From an actinobacterium SCGC AAA278-O22 (GTDB lineage: Bacteria; Actinomycetota; Actinomycetes; Nanopelagicales; Nanopelagicaceae), in contig AQUA01000001.1 of the NCBI GenBank assembly GCA_000372185.1, forward strand, positions 94,055 to 158,054: a stretch of 64,000 nt of DNA, in the 5' to 3' direction. This document shows positions 1 through 9,522 of this stretch, piece by piece; positions within the stretch are counted from its first letter, which is position 1, and every line of letters begins with the position of its first letter. The position numbers and the translations under genes were made by a program. The notes under the pieces are model-generated. The model saw nothing but the letters and a program-made list of their open reading frames with translations. It was not told the DNA's origin and searched no databases.

Positions 1-1242
1 CATCACGCCATCAACGCGCACATCGACTCCAGAGTCGCGACGGTATGGCAGTACTTCGGTGATATATGACTTCGCGGCAAACTCTAGTCCAACATCGTGG
101 CCTGCGCGTTCACTTAAATACCAGCGATGTTCAAGAGCTTCATGGAAAAATTGAGCACGTTCAATGCGCCCCTGTAACTCCGGTGGAATCAGATTTACCG
201 TGGGATTAAATACTTCATCAAGCCATCGCTTTGCCGATTCTGCGATAGGAGGCTTAGGGGATTTTTCACGTCCTCTGTAACGATCAAAGGAAGCTAACAA
301 TCTCTTTGCTTGAAGCTCTTCTGTCTCAAGTCCCATCAACTCGCGCAATCTATTTTTGTGATAACCAGCTGCAACAAGTTTTGGTTGGAAGACGAGCTTG
401 CCTGCATTGTCGCCTTCTTCCATTGAGACAGAAACCTCTTCAACGGCAAAACCAAGATCGTGGAGTTGGCGCATGGCGCGTTCGACGGCATGGCGATCGG
501 TTGGATCGAGTACTTGTCGATCCTTCAACGCCGACCATAAACGGTGATAACGCTTAATCAGCGCAGTACTTGCGCGGATTGGATCCATGCCCGGATAGAG
601 AACTCCCGATAGCTGAAGATCTTCAAGTTCTGCTGCAACGTTAAAATGTGCGATTTCCAAATCATGTTCGCGTTGTCCTGCTGTCAGCGACTTCTGGAAT
701 TCACCAGTTTCAGCATCGACTAAGTAAGCTGCAAAACCTTCGGCGTCGCGCCGAAAGAGGGTATTGGAGAGCGAACAATCTCCCCACCAGAAACCAAGGA
801 GATGGAGTCTTACAAGTAAAAGTGCAAGGGCATTTGCCATCAACGTTACATCTTCAGCGGTAACGCTTTTATCGCTAAGTACTACGCGATACGGCAGGGA
901 ATATGGCAGGAAACGAGTAACAAGAGCGCATGGAAGTTCTTCGCCATTGCTATCTGTTCGACCTTCAATCACCGCAATCGATTGCACGCTCGGTGAATCG
1001 AGTTGAGTAAGTTCGCGCAGAATTTTGTATTCACGGTTTGCGAACTCAGAGACCGTCTCTTTCACTGCATAGACTTCGGAATCGGGGTCATCAGTTGAGC
1101 GCACCAAACGCACGATGTGGCGTGAAATACCGCGCTTTTCAGCGAGCATTGGATCTTCGGGCCACTCTTCAAGCGGAATATTCCACGGCAGGCCAGTAAC
1201 AGCAGCGATCTCCTCGCCTAGTCCTGTAATCCGAAGTGCCAT
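1..1242 (-). CDS. DUF4032-family kinase-like protein (3' end runs off window)
   Basis: Not in the ORF track. Manual translation from ATG at 1242 gives MALRITGLGEEIAAVTGLPWNIPLEEWP...RGISRHIVR, typical of actinobacterial DUF4032 proteins. Confidence 0.75.
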   Translation of the reverse strand, partial: MALRITGLGEEIAAVTGLPWNIPLEEWPEDPMLAEKRGISRHIVRLVRSTDDPDSEVYAVKETVSEFANREYKILRELTQLDSPSVQSIAVIEGRTDSNGEELPCALVTRFLPYSLPYRVVLSDKSVTAEDVTLMANALALLLVRLHLLGFWWGDCSLSNTLFRRDAEGFAAYLVDAETGEFQKSLTAGQREHDLEIAHFNVAAELEDLQLSGVLYPGMDPIRASTALIKRYHRLWSALKDRQVLDPTDRHAVERAMRQLHDLGFAVEEVSVSMEEGDNAGKLVFQPKLVAAGYHKNRLRELMGLETEELQAKRLLASFDRYRGREKSPKPPIAESAKRWLDEVFNPTVNLIPPELQGRIERAQFFHEALEHRWYLSERAGHDVGLEFAAKSYITEVLPYRRDSGVDVRVDGVM

Positions 1243-1274
1243 GGCGTTATTCTCTCGTACCTTTACAATAAAGC

Positions 1275-2390
1275 ATGGCCATTTCAGACCGCATCAAGAG
1301 AAAACCGAAAGAATCACCCGTTATTCCAGATTTTGGTGCAGCAGGTGCACCAATCGACCGTGGACATCCATTTTATTTTGGTTTTCTTGCAACGATCGGA
1401 GCCCTCAGCGCCTTTGTATTGATGCGTGCACTTGCAAGCGCTTCTCAAGTATTTGTTCTCATACTTGTAGCTCTCTTCTTGGCGACAGGTCTTAATCCAG
1501 CAGTGGAAGCAATTCGTAAACGCGGTTTATCTCGCACCGGCGCAGTTGCTGTGATTTTTGCCTCAGTAATTCTCTTCGTGGGACTTTTTATGGCGCTCGT
1601 TATCCCGCCACTTATTTCGCAAGGTACTCACCTCATTCAAATTGCACCAACGCTCCTTGATAATCTCAAGAATAATGCAACCATTTCTAATCTCAATGAT
1701 CACTATGGTGTGATCGATACCTTGCAGAAGAAATTAAGCTCGGTCACTTCAGATGGAACTCTTCTGATTAGTGCTTTTGGTGGAGTTATTGGCGTAGGAA
1801 AGAGCGTTCTTTCAGGCACCTTCACAGCGCTTACCATTCTGATTTTGACTCTCTATTTCATCACCTCACTGCCACAGGCAGTGGAACTTGGATTGAAATT
1901 AGTACCAGCGAGCCGTCGCACTCGAGTATCACTTCTTACCGATGCAATCATCGCCAGAGTCGGCACATTCGTGGGAAGCCAGATTCTTGTCTCATTCCTT
2001 GCCGCAGTATTTATCGCAATCTTTAGCGCCATCTTGGGTCTTCCTTCTCCAGTGGCAATTGCAATCATCGTCTTTGTCTGCGGGCTAGTTCCACTTATTG
2101 GACACTTCTTGGGCTGCGCAATTGTGACCATTATTGCTCTCACCCAATCCGTCTCAATCGGAGTCATTGCCTTTGTTGGTTATGTTCTCTATGTGCAGGT
2201 AGAAAATTATGTTGTTCATCCTCGCATTATGAAGAGAAACTTGGCTGTTCCCGGAGCAGTCACCATCATTTCGGCAATGATCGGCACATCACTTCTTGGT
2301 CTCGTTGGTGGTTTGCTAGCGGTGCCGGTTGCTGCTTCAGTAATTTTAATTCTTGAAGAAGTTGTATTTCCTCGCGCTGAAAAGTCTTAG
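1275..2390 (+). CDS. AI-2E family transporter (PerM-like)
   Basis: Multi-TM protein with family-like segments 'LATGLNPAV', 'QVENYVVHPRIM' and 'GGLLAVPVAA'. Confidence 0.85.
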   Translation: MAISDRIKRKPKESPVIPDFGAAGAPIDRGHPFYFGFLATIGALSAFVLMRALASASQVFVLILVALFLATGLNPAVEAIRKRGLSRTGAVAVIFASVILFVGLFMALVIPPLISQGTHLIQIAPTLLDNLKNNATISNLNDHYGVIDTLQKKLSSVTSDGTLLISAFGGVIGVGKSVLSGTFTALTILILTLYFITSLPQAVELGLKLVPASRRTRVSLLTDAIIARVGTFVGSQILVSFLAAVFIAIFSAILGLPSPVAIAIIVFVCGLVPLIGHFLGCAIVTIIALTQSVSIGVIAFVGYVLYVQVENYVVHPRIMKRNLAVPGAVTIISAMIGTSLLGLVGGLLAVPVAASVILILEEVVFPRAEKS

Positions 2391-2404
2391 CTAACTTCTA
2401 TTTG

Positions 2405-3115
2405 CTAGATATCAGTAGGCAGAGGCAAGCGAGTAGGTGCAACAACGCGAGTGATTTCACTGAGCACGCGATGAACATATGGTTCGCCAACCCATAAGTG
2501 CTTGGCGCCTTCCACCGGAATCAATTCAATATGTGGAATAACTGAAAATCTTATTGCTGCTTTATCTGGTGTGAGGTAATCATCAAATTCTGGAATTAAG
2601 GCAGTGATAGGTCTTCCATCCTGTGCCCAGAATTCAAGATCTCCATCGACGATATCGAGCAACGTTGGACTTAAAAGGATCAAACCTTTAATGCGTGGAT
2701 CACGTGCATGGCTAATGGCAATACTTGTTCCGAAAGACCAACCCACAACCCAGAGTTCGGTCAGATGCAAAGTGTCGAAGCAGTAGCGAATCATCGCTTC
2801 GACATCGAATTTTTCTGCGCGGCCGTTATCGTATGTGCCCGTGCTTGTTCCGGCTTCACTTGTAGTACCTCGAGTGTTAAAGCGAACGACGGTAATTCCC
2901 GCCATTGCTGGGAGTCGATTGGCGGCCTTCTTGTAGATATGGCTATCCATCATTCCGCCGCCGGTTGGGTTGGGGTGGCAGCAGAGAATTGCAGCAGTGG
3001 GATTGCTGAGAGGTGCACTAACTTCACCAACCAGCGTCTGGCCATCCTCGGTGACGACCGTGAACGGGGTGCGTTGTGCGGGAAGAATTGTGCTGGGGCG
3101 GATTGGTTCCGACAT
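2405..3115 (-). CDS. alpha/beta hydrolase
   Basis: HPNPTGGGMMDSH, RFNTRG, nucleophile elbow GWSFG and catalytic His in GAKHLW. Confidence 0.85.
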   Translation of the reverse strand: MSEPIRPSTILPAQRTPFTVVTEDGQTLVGEVSAPLSNPTAAILCCHPNPTGGGMMDSHIYKKAANRLPAMAGITVVRFNTRGTTSEAGTSTGTYDNGRAEKFDVEAMIRYCFDTLHLTELWVVGWSFGTSIAISHARDPRIKGLILLSPTLLDIVDGDLEFWAQDGRPITALIPEFDDYLTPDKAAIRFSVIPHIELIPVEGAKHLWVGEPYVHRVLSEITRVVAPTRLPLPTDI

Positions 3116-3137
3116 GGTTGCAGTCTAGTCTTTGCAT
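3116..3137. promoter_or_regulatory. bidirectional leaderless promoter with overlapping -10 hexamers
   Basis: TAGACT (minus, 3127-3122) and TAGTCT (plus, 3126-3131) each lie 6 nt before an ATG. Confidence 0.6.
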
Positions 3138-4619
3138 ATGACTCTCTCAAAAACTGCAACTTTTGATTCTCATAATCCGGTCAATAATGAAGTAATTGCT
3201 TCGCATGAAATCTTTGGTGAAGCGGCGGTCAGGGCAGCAGTCGACAGAGCGCGCGCAGCATCTCAAGAGTGGCGTGATCTAGGTTTTCGAGGACGTCGTA
3301 AAGTTTTATTGAAGTGGAGTAGTGATCTCCTAGCAAACGTTGATGAACTCTCTGAACTTGTTTCGCGCGAAACTGGAAAACCATTTAGCGATGCAAAACT
3401 TGAAGCGGCACTTGCGGCAGGACATATCGCATGGGCAGCGCGCCATGCTGAATCAGTGATGCGCACTTCACATCGTTCTCCAGGTCTTTTAATGGCAAAT
3501 ATGTCAGCTACTGTCGAGCGTTCACCAGTTGGAGTAGTAGGTGTTATTGGTCCGTGGAATTATCCAGTCTTCACTCCCCTTGGTTCAATTGCTTACGCTC
3601 TCGCTGCAGGAAATACCGTTGTCTTTAAGCCAAGTGAATACACACCAGGAGTTGGCCAATATCTTTCTCAATCTTTTATTGATTCATGCCTTCTCGCCGA
3701 TATCTTCACCTGCGTTACCGGTCTTGGCGAAACCGGCAAATTCCTCTGTGAAAGTGGCGTTGATAAATTGGCATTCACGGGCTCTACGCGAACAGCCAAG
3801 ATTGTTGCTGCAACCTGTGCGGCACAGATGACACCAGTAGTTCTCGAATGTGGAGGAAAAGACCCTGTCATCGTGGCACACGATGCCGATCTCAAGCGCG
3901 CTGCAGATGCAACAGTCTGGTCAGCTTTCTCCAATGCAGGTCAGACATGTATTGGAGCAGAACGCGTCTACGTAGACGAACGAGTTGCCGATAAGTTCAT
4001 TGAAAAAGTGACGCAGATTGCCAGAGAAATTCATCCCGGTGCTCCTGGGTCTGGCAAATACGGCCCAACCACAATGCCAAAGCAGATACCGATTATTCAA
4101 TCTCATATTGATGATGCGATTGCGCGAGGCGCCAAGGTAATTATGGGTGGCTCAAATTCAGTAAAGGCTCCATTTGTCGAGCCTGTTATTTTCTGCGATG
4201 TTCCTGAAGATTCCATCGCAATGACTGAAGAAACTTTTGGGCCAACAATCGCCATTAACCGCGTGAAGAATATGGCAGAAGCTATTTCACTCACCAATGC
4301 AAGTAAATATGGCCTTGGTGCATCAGTCTGGTCTAAACGTCGCGGAAAATATATTGCATCTCAACTACACACCGGAATGGTTGCTGTTAACTCAGTGATT
4401 TCATTTGCAGCAGTTGATTCTGTCCCATTCGGTGGTGTGAAAGATAGTGGCTACGGACGTATCCATGGACCTGAAGGAATTCTTGAATTTACCTATCCAC
4501 GCACTGTGGTGCGTGCGCGATTCCAGCTTCCGATTGCCTTTACTAGCTTCTCGCGCACACCAAGTAGCGATAAGTTAATTGTGAAGGTAACTAAGTTGCT
4601 CAAAGGCCGCCTCAGTTAA
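3138..4619 (+). CDS. aldehyde dehydrogenase family protein
   Basis: PWNYP, FTGS, E(C)GGKD, catalytic Cys in GQTC, EETFGP. Start moved to ATG 3138. Confidence 0.9.
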   Translation: MTLSKTATFDSHNPVNNEVIASHEIFGEAAVRAAVDRARAASQEWRDLGFRGRRKVLLKWSSDLLANVDELSELVSRETGKPFSDAKLEAALAAGHIAWAARHAESVMRTSHRSPGLLMANMSATVERSPVGVVGVIGPWNYPVFTPLGSIAYALAAGNTVVFKPSEYTPGVGQYLSQSFIDSCLLADIFTCVTGLGETGKFLCESGVDKLAFTGSTRTAKIVAATCAAQMTPVVLECGGKDPVIVAHDADLKRAADATVWSAFSNAGQTCIGAERVYVDERVADKFIEKVTQIAREIHPGAPGSGKYGPTTMPKQIPIIQSHIDDAIARGAKVIMGGSNSVKAPFVEPVIFCDVPEDSIAMTEETFGPTIAINRVKNMAEAISLTNASKYGLGASVWSKRRGKYIASQLHTGMVAVNSVISFAAVDSVPFGGVKDSGYGRIHGPEGILEFTYPRTVVRARFQLPIAFTSFSRTPSSDKLIVKVTKLLKGRLS

Positions 4620-4622
4620 TTT

Positions 4623-4940
4623 TTAGTAGCGAGGGGCGTTTCGGGTGCGCTCTGTTCGTGGCCTGCGATTGTTGCGTTTACTCCAACATGCGTTATGCCA
4701 ATGTCTGCGATTATCTTCATCGCCATCAAGCCAAGCAACAGTGTGTGGCGTTGCCATAGGTATTAATTGATCGCAACCAGGACAGCGATATGGTTTATTG
4801 GCAGCAGAACCCGTTAGTTTTCTGACAATCCATAATCCATTTTCATCTTCTTCAAAACTCTGATTGGAAGGTATGCCTCTAGGCTCTTCATCGTTATTTT
4901 TAGGCCTACGATTTTTAGGATAATTCTTACGTGGGCTCAT
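4623..4940 (-). CDS. conserved actinobacterial small zinc-finger-like protein
   Basis: KPYRCPGCDQLI...RRHWHNACW pattern; start at ATG 4940. Confidence 0.7.
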   Translation of the reverse strand: MSPRKNYPKNRRPKNNDEEPRGIPSNQSFEEDENGLWIVRKLTGSAANKPYRCPGCDQLIPMATPHTVAWLDGDEDNRRHWHNACWSKRNNRRPRTERTRNAPRY

Positions 4941-4987
4941 GCCGCTATTTTCTCGCACTTTTACTCAGTCGGTGACAAGATAGCCAT

Positions 4988-5842
4988 ATGAGCACGGTGA
5001 TCAGCGTTTCGGGGCTTCATAAGAGTTACGGCTCAAACCACGCTGTCGCTGGTATCGACCTAGCTATCGAGCAGGGTGAAATTTTCGCGCTCCTTGGCCC
5101 CAATGGCGCAGGTAAGACAACTACCGTCGAAATTCTCGAAGGTTTTCGTGACCGCGATTCGGGAAGCGTTCAGGTTCTGGGCTTTGATCCAGCAACGAAA
5201 GGTCGCGCAGGACAAGAATGGCGCGATCGCATTGGCATCGTTCTGCAATCAACACATGATGCTGGTGACCTCACAGTCTTAGAATCGGTTTCACACTTTG
5301 CGAAATATTACGAAAGTCCTAAAGATCCGCATGAAGTTATCAATCTTGTTGGCCTCACTGATAAATCCAATGCACTAGGGCGCACACTTTCTGGCGGGCA
5401 GCGTCGTCGCCTTGATGTGGCTCTTGGAATTATTGGAAATCCTGAACTCATATTTCTCGATGAACCTACAACAGGATTTGATCCCGAAGCACGACGTGCA
5501 TTCTGGCAATTAATTCGAAAACTTCGTGATGAAGGTGCAACGATTCTTTTAACTACTCACTATCTCGATGAGGCTGAAGCTCTCGCTGATCGTGTGGCAG
5601 TAATTAATAGAGGAAAGATTGTTGAAGTTTCTACACCTGCTTTACTAGGCGGTCGAGCAACCTCTCTTGCCACTGTGTCATGGCGAGATGGGGTCGAACT
5701 GCGCAAAGAGAAATCAGCCAACCCGACTGCGCTTGTCGCCCAGTTATCAGCCCAATTTGGCGGCGAGGTTCCTGAACTCAATGTGAAACGAGCTTCACTT
5801 GAAGATATCTATCTCGAGATGATTGGGGGCGCTCATGAGTAA
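4988..5842 (+). CDS. ABC-2 type exporter ATP-binding protein
   Basis: Walker A GPNGAGKT, LSGGQ, FLDEPT, H-loop THY. Confidence 0.92.
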   Translation: MSTVISVSGLHKSYGSNHAVAGIDLAIEQGEIFALLGPNGAGKTTTVEILEGFRDRDSGSVQVLGFDPATKGRAGQEWRDRIGIVLQSTHDAGDLTVLESVSHFAKYYESPKDPHEVINLVGLTDKSNALGRTLSGGQRRRLDVALGIIGNPELIFLDEPTTGFDPEARRAFWQLIRKLRDEGATILLTTHYLDEAEALADRVAVINRGKIVEVSTPALLGGRATSLATVSWRDGVELRKEKSANPTALVAQLSAQFGGEVPELNVKRASLEDIYLEMIGGAHE

Positions 5843-6626
5843 GCCAACTTCGCTTTCAATCGGTATCCAACGTGGCGCACTTGAAATCAAACAATTTATG
5901 CGACAGCGCGAATCAGTTGTCTTCACCATGCTCTTTCCGCTCATTCTGCTGGCAATATTTGGATCCGTTTTCTCTAATTCCATCGCAAAAGGCGTGACTT
6001 TCAGCCAATATTTCGTCGCTGGAATGATCGCATCAGGAATGGTTAATACTGGTTTCCAACAACTGGCAATCATGATTCCAGTTGAACGCGACTTTGGAAC
6101 TCTCAAACGATTGCGTGGTACTCCGATGCCAGCCAGCAGTTATTTCATCGGTAAAGCTATCTTGGTCACTTTAAGTATGTTGATTCAAGTCTTCTTACTC
6201 CTTGCAGCAGGTGTTGCATTCTTCGGAGTAAACCTGCCGAAGACAGGTGAGAAGTGGTTACTTCTAGCTGCGCTTCTTGTTGTGGGAAGTGCATGTTCCA
6301 CAATCCTTGGTATCGCTTTCTCAAATGTTCCTAAGAGTGGCCGTGGAGCTTCGGCAGTAGTTTCACCAGTTGTCATTGTTCTTCAATTTTTTAGTGGAGT
6401 CTTCTTTATCTTTACCGACCTTCCTCATTGGATGCAACAAGTTGCAGCGATATTTCCTCTCAAATGGATGACGCAAGGAGCGCGCTCAGTATTCTTACCA
6501 GACTCATTTGCTACGCGTGAAGTTGCCGGCAATTGGGAAACTGGCCGCACCTTTGCCATCATTGGTGCATGGCTCGTGGTGGGATTGATTTGGGCAGTGC
6601 GCAGCTTCAAGTGGGAGCGCGATTGA
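5835..6626 (+). CDS. ABC-2 type exporter permease
   Basis: About 6 TM segments with 'ERDFGTLKRLRGTP'; overlaps the ATPase stop. Confidence 0.88.
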   Translation: MSKPTSLSIGIQRGALEIKQFMRQRESVVFTMLFPLILLAIFGSVFSNSIAKGVTFSQYFVAGMIASGMVNTGFQQLAIMIPVERDFGTLKRLRGTPMPASSYFIGKAILVTLSMLIQVFLLLAAGVAFFGVNLPKTGEKWLLLAALLVVGSACSTILGIAFSNVPKSGRGASAVVSPVVIVLQFFSGVFFIFTDLPHWMQQVAAIFPLKWMTQGARSVFLPDSFATREVAGNWETGRTFAIIGAWLVVGLIWAVRSFKWERD

Positions 6627-7324
6627 AGAAATTCACTCTCTTCCTAATACTGGCTATGGCGGTATCAGGAAGTTCAGCAGTTGCTGCCACAAAGAAAGCA
6701 ACACCGACTCCCACTATAAAGACTTCAGCTAAAGCAACAAGTAAGACAACGACAAAGCCAACGTCGTCTGCAAAGACAACTTCCAAAGCAACTGCAACTC
6801 CAAAGACAACTGCTAAGCCCGCTGCCACTGCTTCATCTACATCAACATCTACCGCCAAACCGACAGTAAAGCCAAAACCAAAGCCAAAACCTCGAAAGAA
6901 GATCAAGGTCTCACCATCTCCTAAACCTCAGTGGCCACCGGCTGATTTTGAGTATGAAGCAGGTATTTACGCAAAGGTCCCGACGAGTAAAGAACTCGTG
7001 GGAGTCATCTCTGCAAAAGGAAACCTTGCATCTCAAGTTGCTGCTTGTGCAAAATTTATTTGTGGCGCAGTTCAAGTTGCAACTGAGCCTGGCTGTTTAT
7101 GGTGGGAAGTAAATTCAAAGGTTTATGCTCAAAATAAAGAGTTAATCGGAAATCTACGAACAATTACCGGGCAGAGCCTTGCCCGAGAGGTGAAGACCAT
7201 CCTCTTAATCTCTCCAGAGCCACTTGAATCACTTGAATATGTATCTGGGATTGAGGTCGTCTGTCACCAAGAAGCAAAGCCTGACAATCTCCAGAGCGTG
7301 ACATTTACAAAGGTCAACGGCTAA
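6623..7324 (+). CDS. secreted protein with Thr/Lys/Pro-rich stalk and Cys-containing C-terminal domain
   Basis: TTG start overlaps the permease stop; signal-peptide-like KKFTLFLILAMAVSGSSAVA; low-complexity linker; C-terminal domain with 4 Cys. Confidence 0.7.
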   Translation: MKKFTLFLILAMAVSGSSAVAATKKATPTPTIKTSAKATSKTTTKPTSSAKTTSKATATPKTTAKPAATASSTSTSTAKPTVKPKPKPKPRKKIKVSPSPKPQWPPADFEYEAGIYAKVPTSKELVGVISAKGNLASQVAACAKFICGAVQVATEPGCLWWEVNSKVYAQNKELIGNLRTITGQSLAREVKTILLISPEPLESLEYVSGIEVVCHQEAKPDNLQSVTFTKVNG

Positions 7325-7650
7325 TGCTGGGCGGAGTCGACAACAAACTCTTCTTTATGAGCCTTGCTGGATTTCCTGCAGTCCTCTTCCTCATCTTTAT
7401 GCTCAAATGGACATCTGCTCGAGGTAAATCGCTGGTGCAAAGAACTCCACAATCTGGAGGCGTTGATGATTACGGAACTCTTGTCGCAGTAGCCAAGCCC
7501 ACCAACCATATTGAGGGCGAAATTCTCCGGCAGAAATTAATTGCGGTGGGAATTAAAGCAACGCTCACGCAAACCAATGAAGGTCCACGTATCTTTGTAT
7601 TTCCGCAAGAAGAGAGCGCAGCACACGCTCATCTCAAAGATTTCTCTTAG
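7324..7650 (+). CDS. small membrane-anchored hypothetical protein (DUF2007-like C-terminus)
   Basis: N-terminal TM then 'EGEILRQKLIAVGIKA'; TAATG overlap with the upstream gene. Confidence 0.6.
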   Translation: MLGGVDNKLFFMSLAGFPAVLFLIFMLKWTSARGKSLVQRTPQSGGVDDYGTLVAVAKPTNHIEGEILRQKLIAVGIKATLTQTNEGPRIFVFPQEESAAHAHLKDFS

Positions 7651-8219
7651 CGATTAGCTCCGGGAACCCACAATTGATCGCCAATCTTTTGATTAGCTAC
7701 GCGTGCTAATACAAAGAGAAGATCTGAGCAACGGTTGAGGTACTTAGCTGTCAGCGGATTAACACCTGTTCCAAAGGCATGGATTGCAGCCCACGTTCGG
7801 CGCTCTGCACGGCGCACAACTGTGCGAGCCACGTGAAGATGTGCTGCCGCTGGAGTACCGGATGGAAGTACAAAAGAGCGAAGAGGCTCTAGATCTTTGT
7901 TGTACTTATCAATCTGTTCTTCAAGGTAGACAATCTGTGATTCAAGGACGCGAAGTGGTTCAAAAGCTGGTGAATCTACAACTGGTGTGCAGAGATCAGC
8001 GCCTACATCGAACATATCATTTTGAATACGAACCAATAGTGCGCGCATATCTTCGGTTAATTCATCAGTTGCAAGAACCACGCCAATTGTGGAATTTGCT
8101 TCATCAACTGTTGCATACGCTTCAAGACGAGGGTCATTCTTTGAAGTACGGCTCATATCTCCGAGAGATGTAGTTCCGTCATCGCCTGTCTTTGTGTAAA
8201 TACGCGTTAAATTAACCAT
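7647..8219 (-). CDS. ATP:cob(I)alamin adenosyltransferase (PduO type)
   Basis: RIYTKTGDDGTT, RTVVRRAER, YLNRCSDLLF. Confidence 0.92.
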   Translation of the reverse strand: MVNLTRIYTKTGDDGTTSLGDMSRTSKNDPRLEAYATVDEANSTIGVVLATDELTEDMRALLVRIQNDMFDVGADLCTPVVDSPAFEPLRVLESQIVYLEEQIDKYNKDLEPLRSFVLPSGTPAAAHLHVARTVVRRAERRTWAAIHAFGTGVNPLTAKYLNRCSDLLFVLARVANQKIGDQLWVPGANR

Positions 8220-8247
8220 GTCCGTAGCCTATAAGTAGACTTCGGAT
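8220..8247. promoter_or_regulatory. bidirectional leaderless promoter region (PduO gene / murA)
   Basis: TAGGCT (minus, 8231-8226) and TAGACT (plus, 8236-8241) each lie 6 nt from an ATG. Confidence 0.6.
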
Positions 8248-9513
8248 ATGGCATCTTCGTCCCACGACCGCTTCCGCATCACTGGAGGCTGCCGCCTTGA
8301 GGGCGAAGTAACGGTAACTGGCGCTAAGAATTCAGTCCTTAAATTGATGGCAGCCTCCCTCTTAGCGGTCGGCACAACAACTATTCGCAATGTTCCCGAT
8401 ATTGCCGATGTCGACATCATGGCCGACCTCCTTACGCGTCTTGGTTGCACCGTCACACACGAAGGATCAGTCGTCACTATCGATGTTCCTGCCGCTCCCC
8501 TACACCGCGCTGATTACGATTTAGTGCGAAAGATGCGTGCATCTATCAACGTTCTTGGCCCCCTTGTTGCACGAGTCGGAAAAGCTGAAGTCGCATTGCC
8601 AGGCGGAGATGCCATTGGTTCACGTGGTCTCGATTTCCACATCAAAGGTCTCGAATCCCTTGGTGCCACAGCACGCGTTGAACATGGATACGTCATCGCC
8701 GAAGCACCACATGGTTTGACTGGTACCTCCATTGATTTAGATTTCCCATCAGTCGGTGCAACAGAAAATCTCATGACAGCCGCAGTGCTTGCACATGGTG
8801 TCACCACTATCGATAACGCAGCACGCGAACCCGATCTCGTTGATCTCGGCGAATTTCTAATTGGGATGGGCGCAAAGATTGAAGGCCTCGGTTCTCCCAC
8901 TATCACGATTACGGGTGTGAAAGCGTTGAAGCCAACTGATCACACTACAATCACCGACCGCATCATCGCTGGCACATGGGCATTTGCTGCTGCAATGACA
9001 CAAGGTGATATCACTATTCACGGTGGCCGCGCCGACCACATGGAAGTTATGTTAGAAAAATTAACTTCTGCCGGTGCAATCATCACTTCTACGCAAGATG
9101 GCATCCGAGTGCAGATGAATCAACGTCCACGTGCTATCGATGTGGCAACACTTCCCTATCCAGGTTTTGCTACCGATTTACTTCCATTCATCATCGGTAT
9201 GAATGCAATCGCAGATGGCCACTCGATTGTTACCGAAAACGTCTTTGAATCACGCTTTATGTTCGTCAACGAACTCATGCGCTTAGGTGCTCAGATCACC
9301 GTAGATGGACACCATGCCTCTATCGACGGTATTCCACAGCTATCTGGAGCACCGGTTGAAGCAACCGATATCCGTGCAGGTGCAGGACTTGTGTTAGCAG
9401 CGCTGGTCTCTGATGGTGAAACAACAGTCGATGGTGCATTTCACATCGACCGCGGATATCCAAACTTCGCCGAGCAGTTAGTAAGTCTCGGTGCAAAAGT
9501 TTCTAGAGAGTAA
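8248..9513 (+). CDS. murA: UDP-N-acetylglucosamine 1-carboxyvinyltransferase
   Basis: [15 protein letters not shown] (Asp at the fosfomycin-target Cys position, as in mycobacteria), SVGATEN, DIRAGA. Confidence 0.96.
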   Translation: MASSSHDRFRITGGCRLEGEVTVTGAKNSVLKLMAASLLAVGTTTIRNVPDIADVDIMADLLTRLGCTVTHEGSVVTIDVPAAPLHRADYDLVRKMRASINVLGPLVARVGKAEVALPGGDAIGSRGLDFHIKGLESLGATARVEHGYVIAEAPHGLTGTSIDLDFPSVGATENLMTAAVLAHGVTTIDNAAREPDLVDLGEFLIGMGAKIEGLGSPTITITGVKALKPTDHTTITDRIIAGTWAFAAAMTQGDITIHGGRADHMEVMLEKLTSAGAIITSTQDGIRVQMNQRPRAIDVATLPYPGFATDLLPFIIGMNAIADGHSIVTENVFESRFMFVNELMRLGAQITVDGHHASIDGIPQLSGAPVEATDIRAGAGLVLAALVSDGETTVDGAFHIDRGYPNFAEQLVSLGAKVSRE

Positions 9514-9522
9514 CTAGTCTCT

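Noticed and set aside
306-1006. Three short plus-strand ORFs
   Set aside because: They are antisense shadows of the minus-strand DUF4032 gene that the ORF track missed because it runs off the window.
8248-9513. MurA Cys-to-Asp fosfomycin-resistance substitution
   Set aside because: Intrinsic and well known in Actinobacteria, so not novel.
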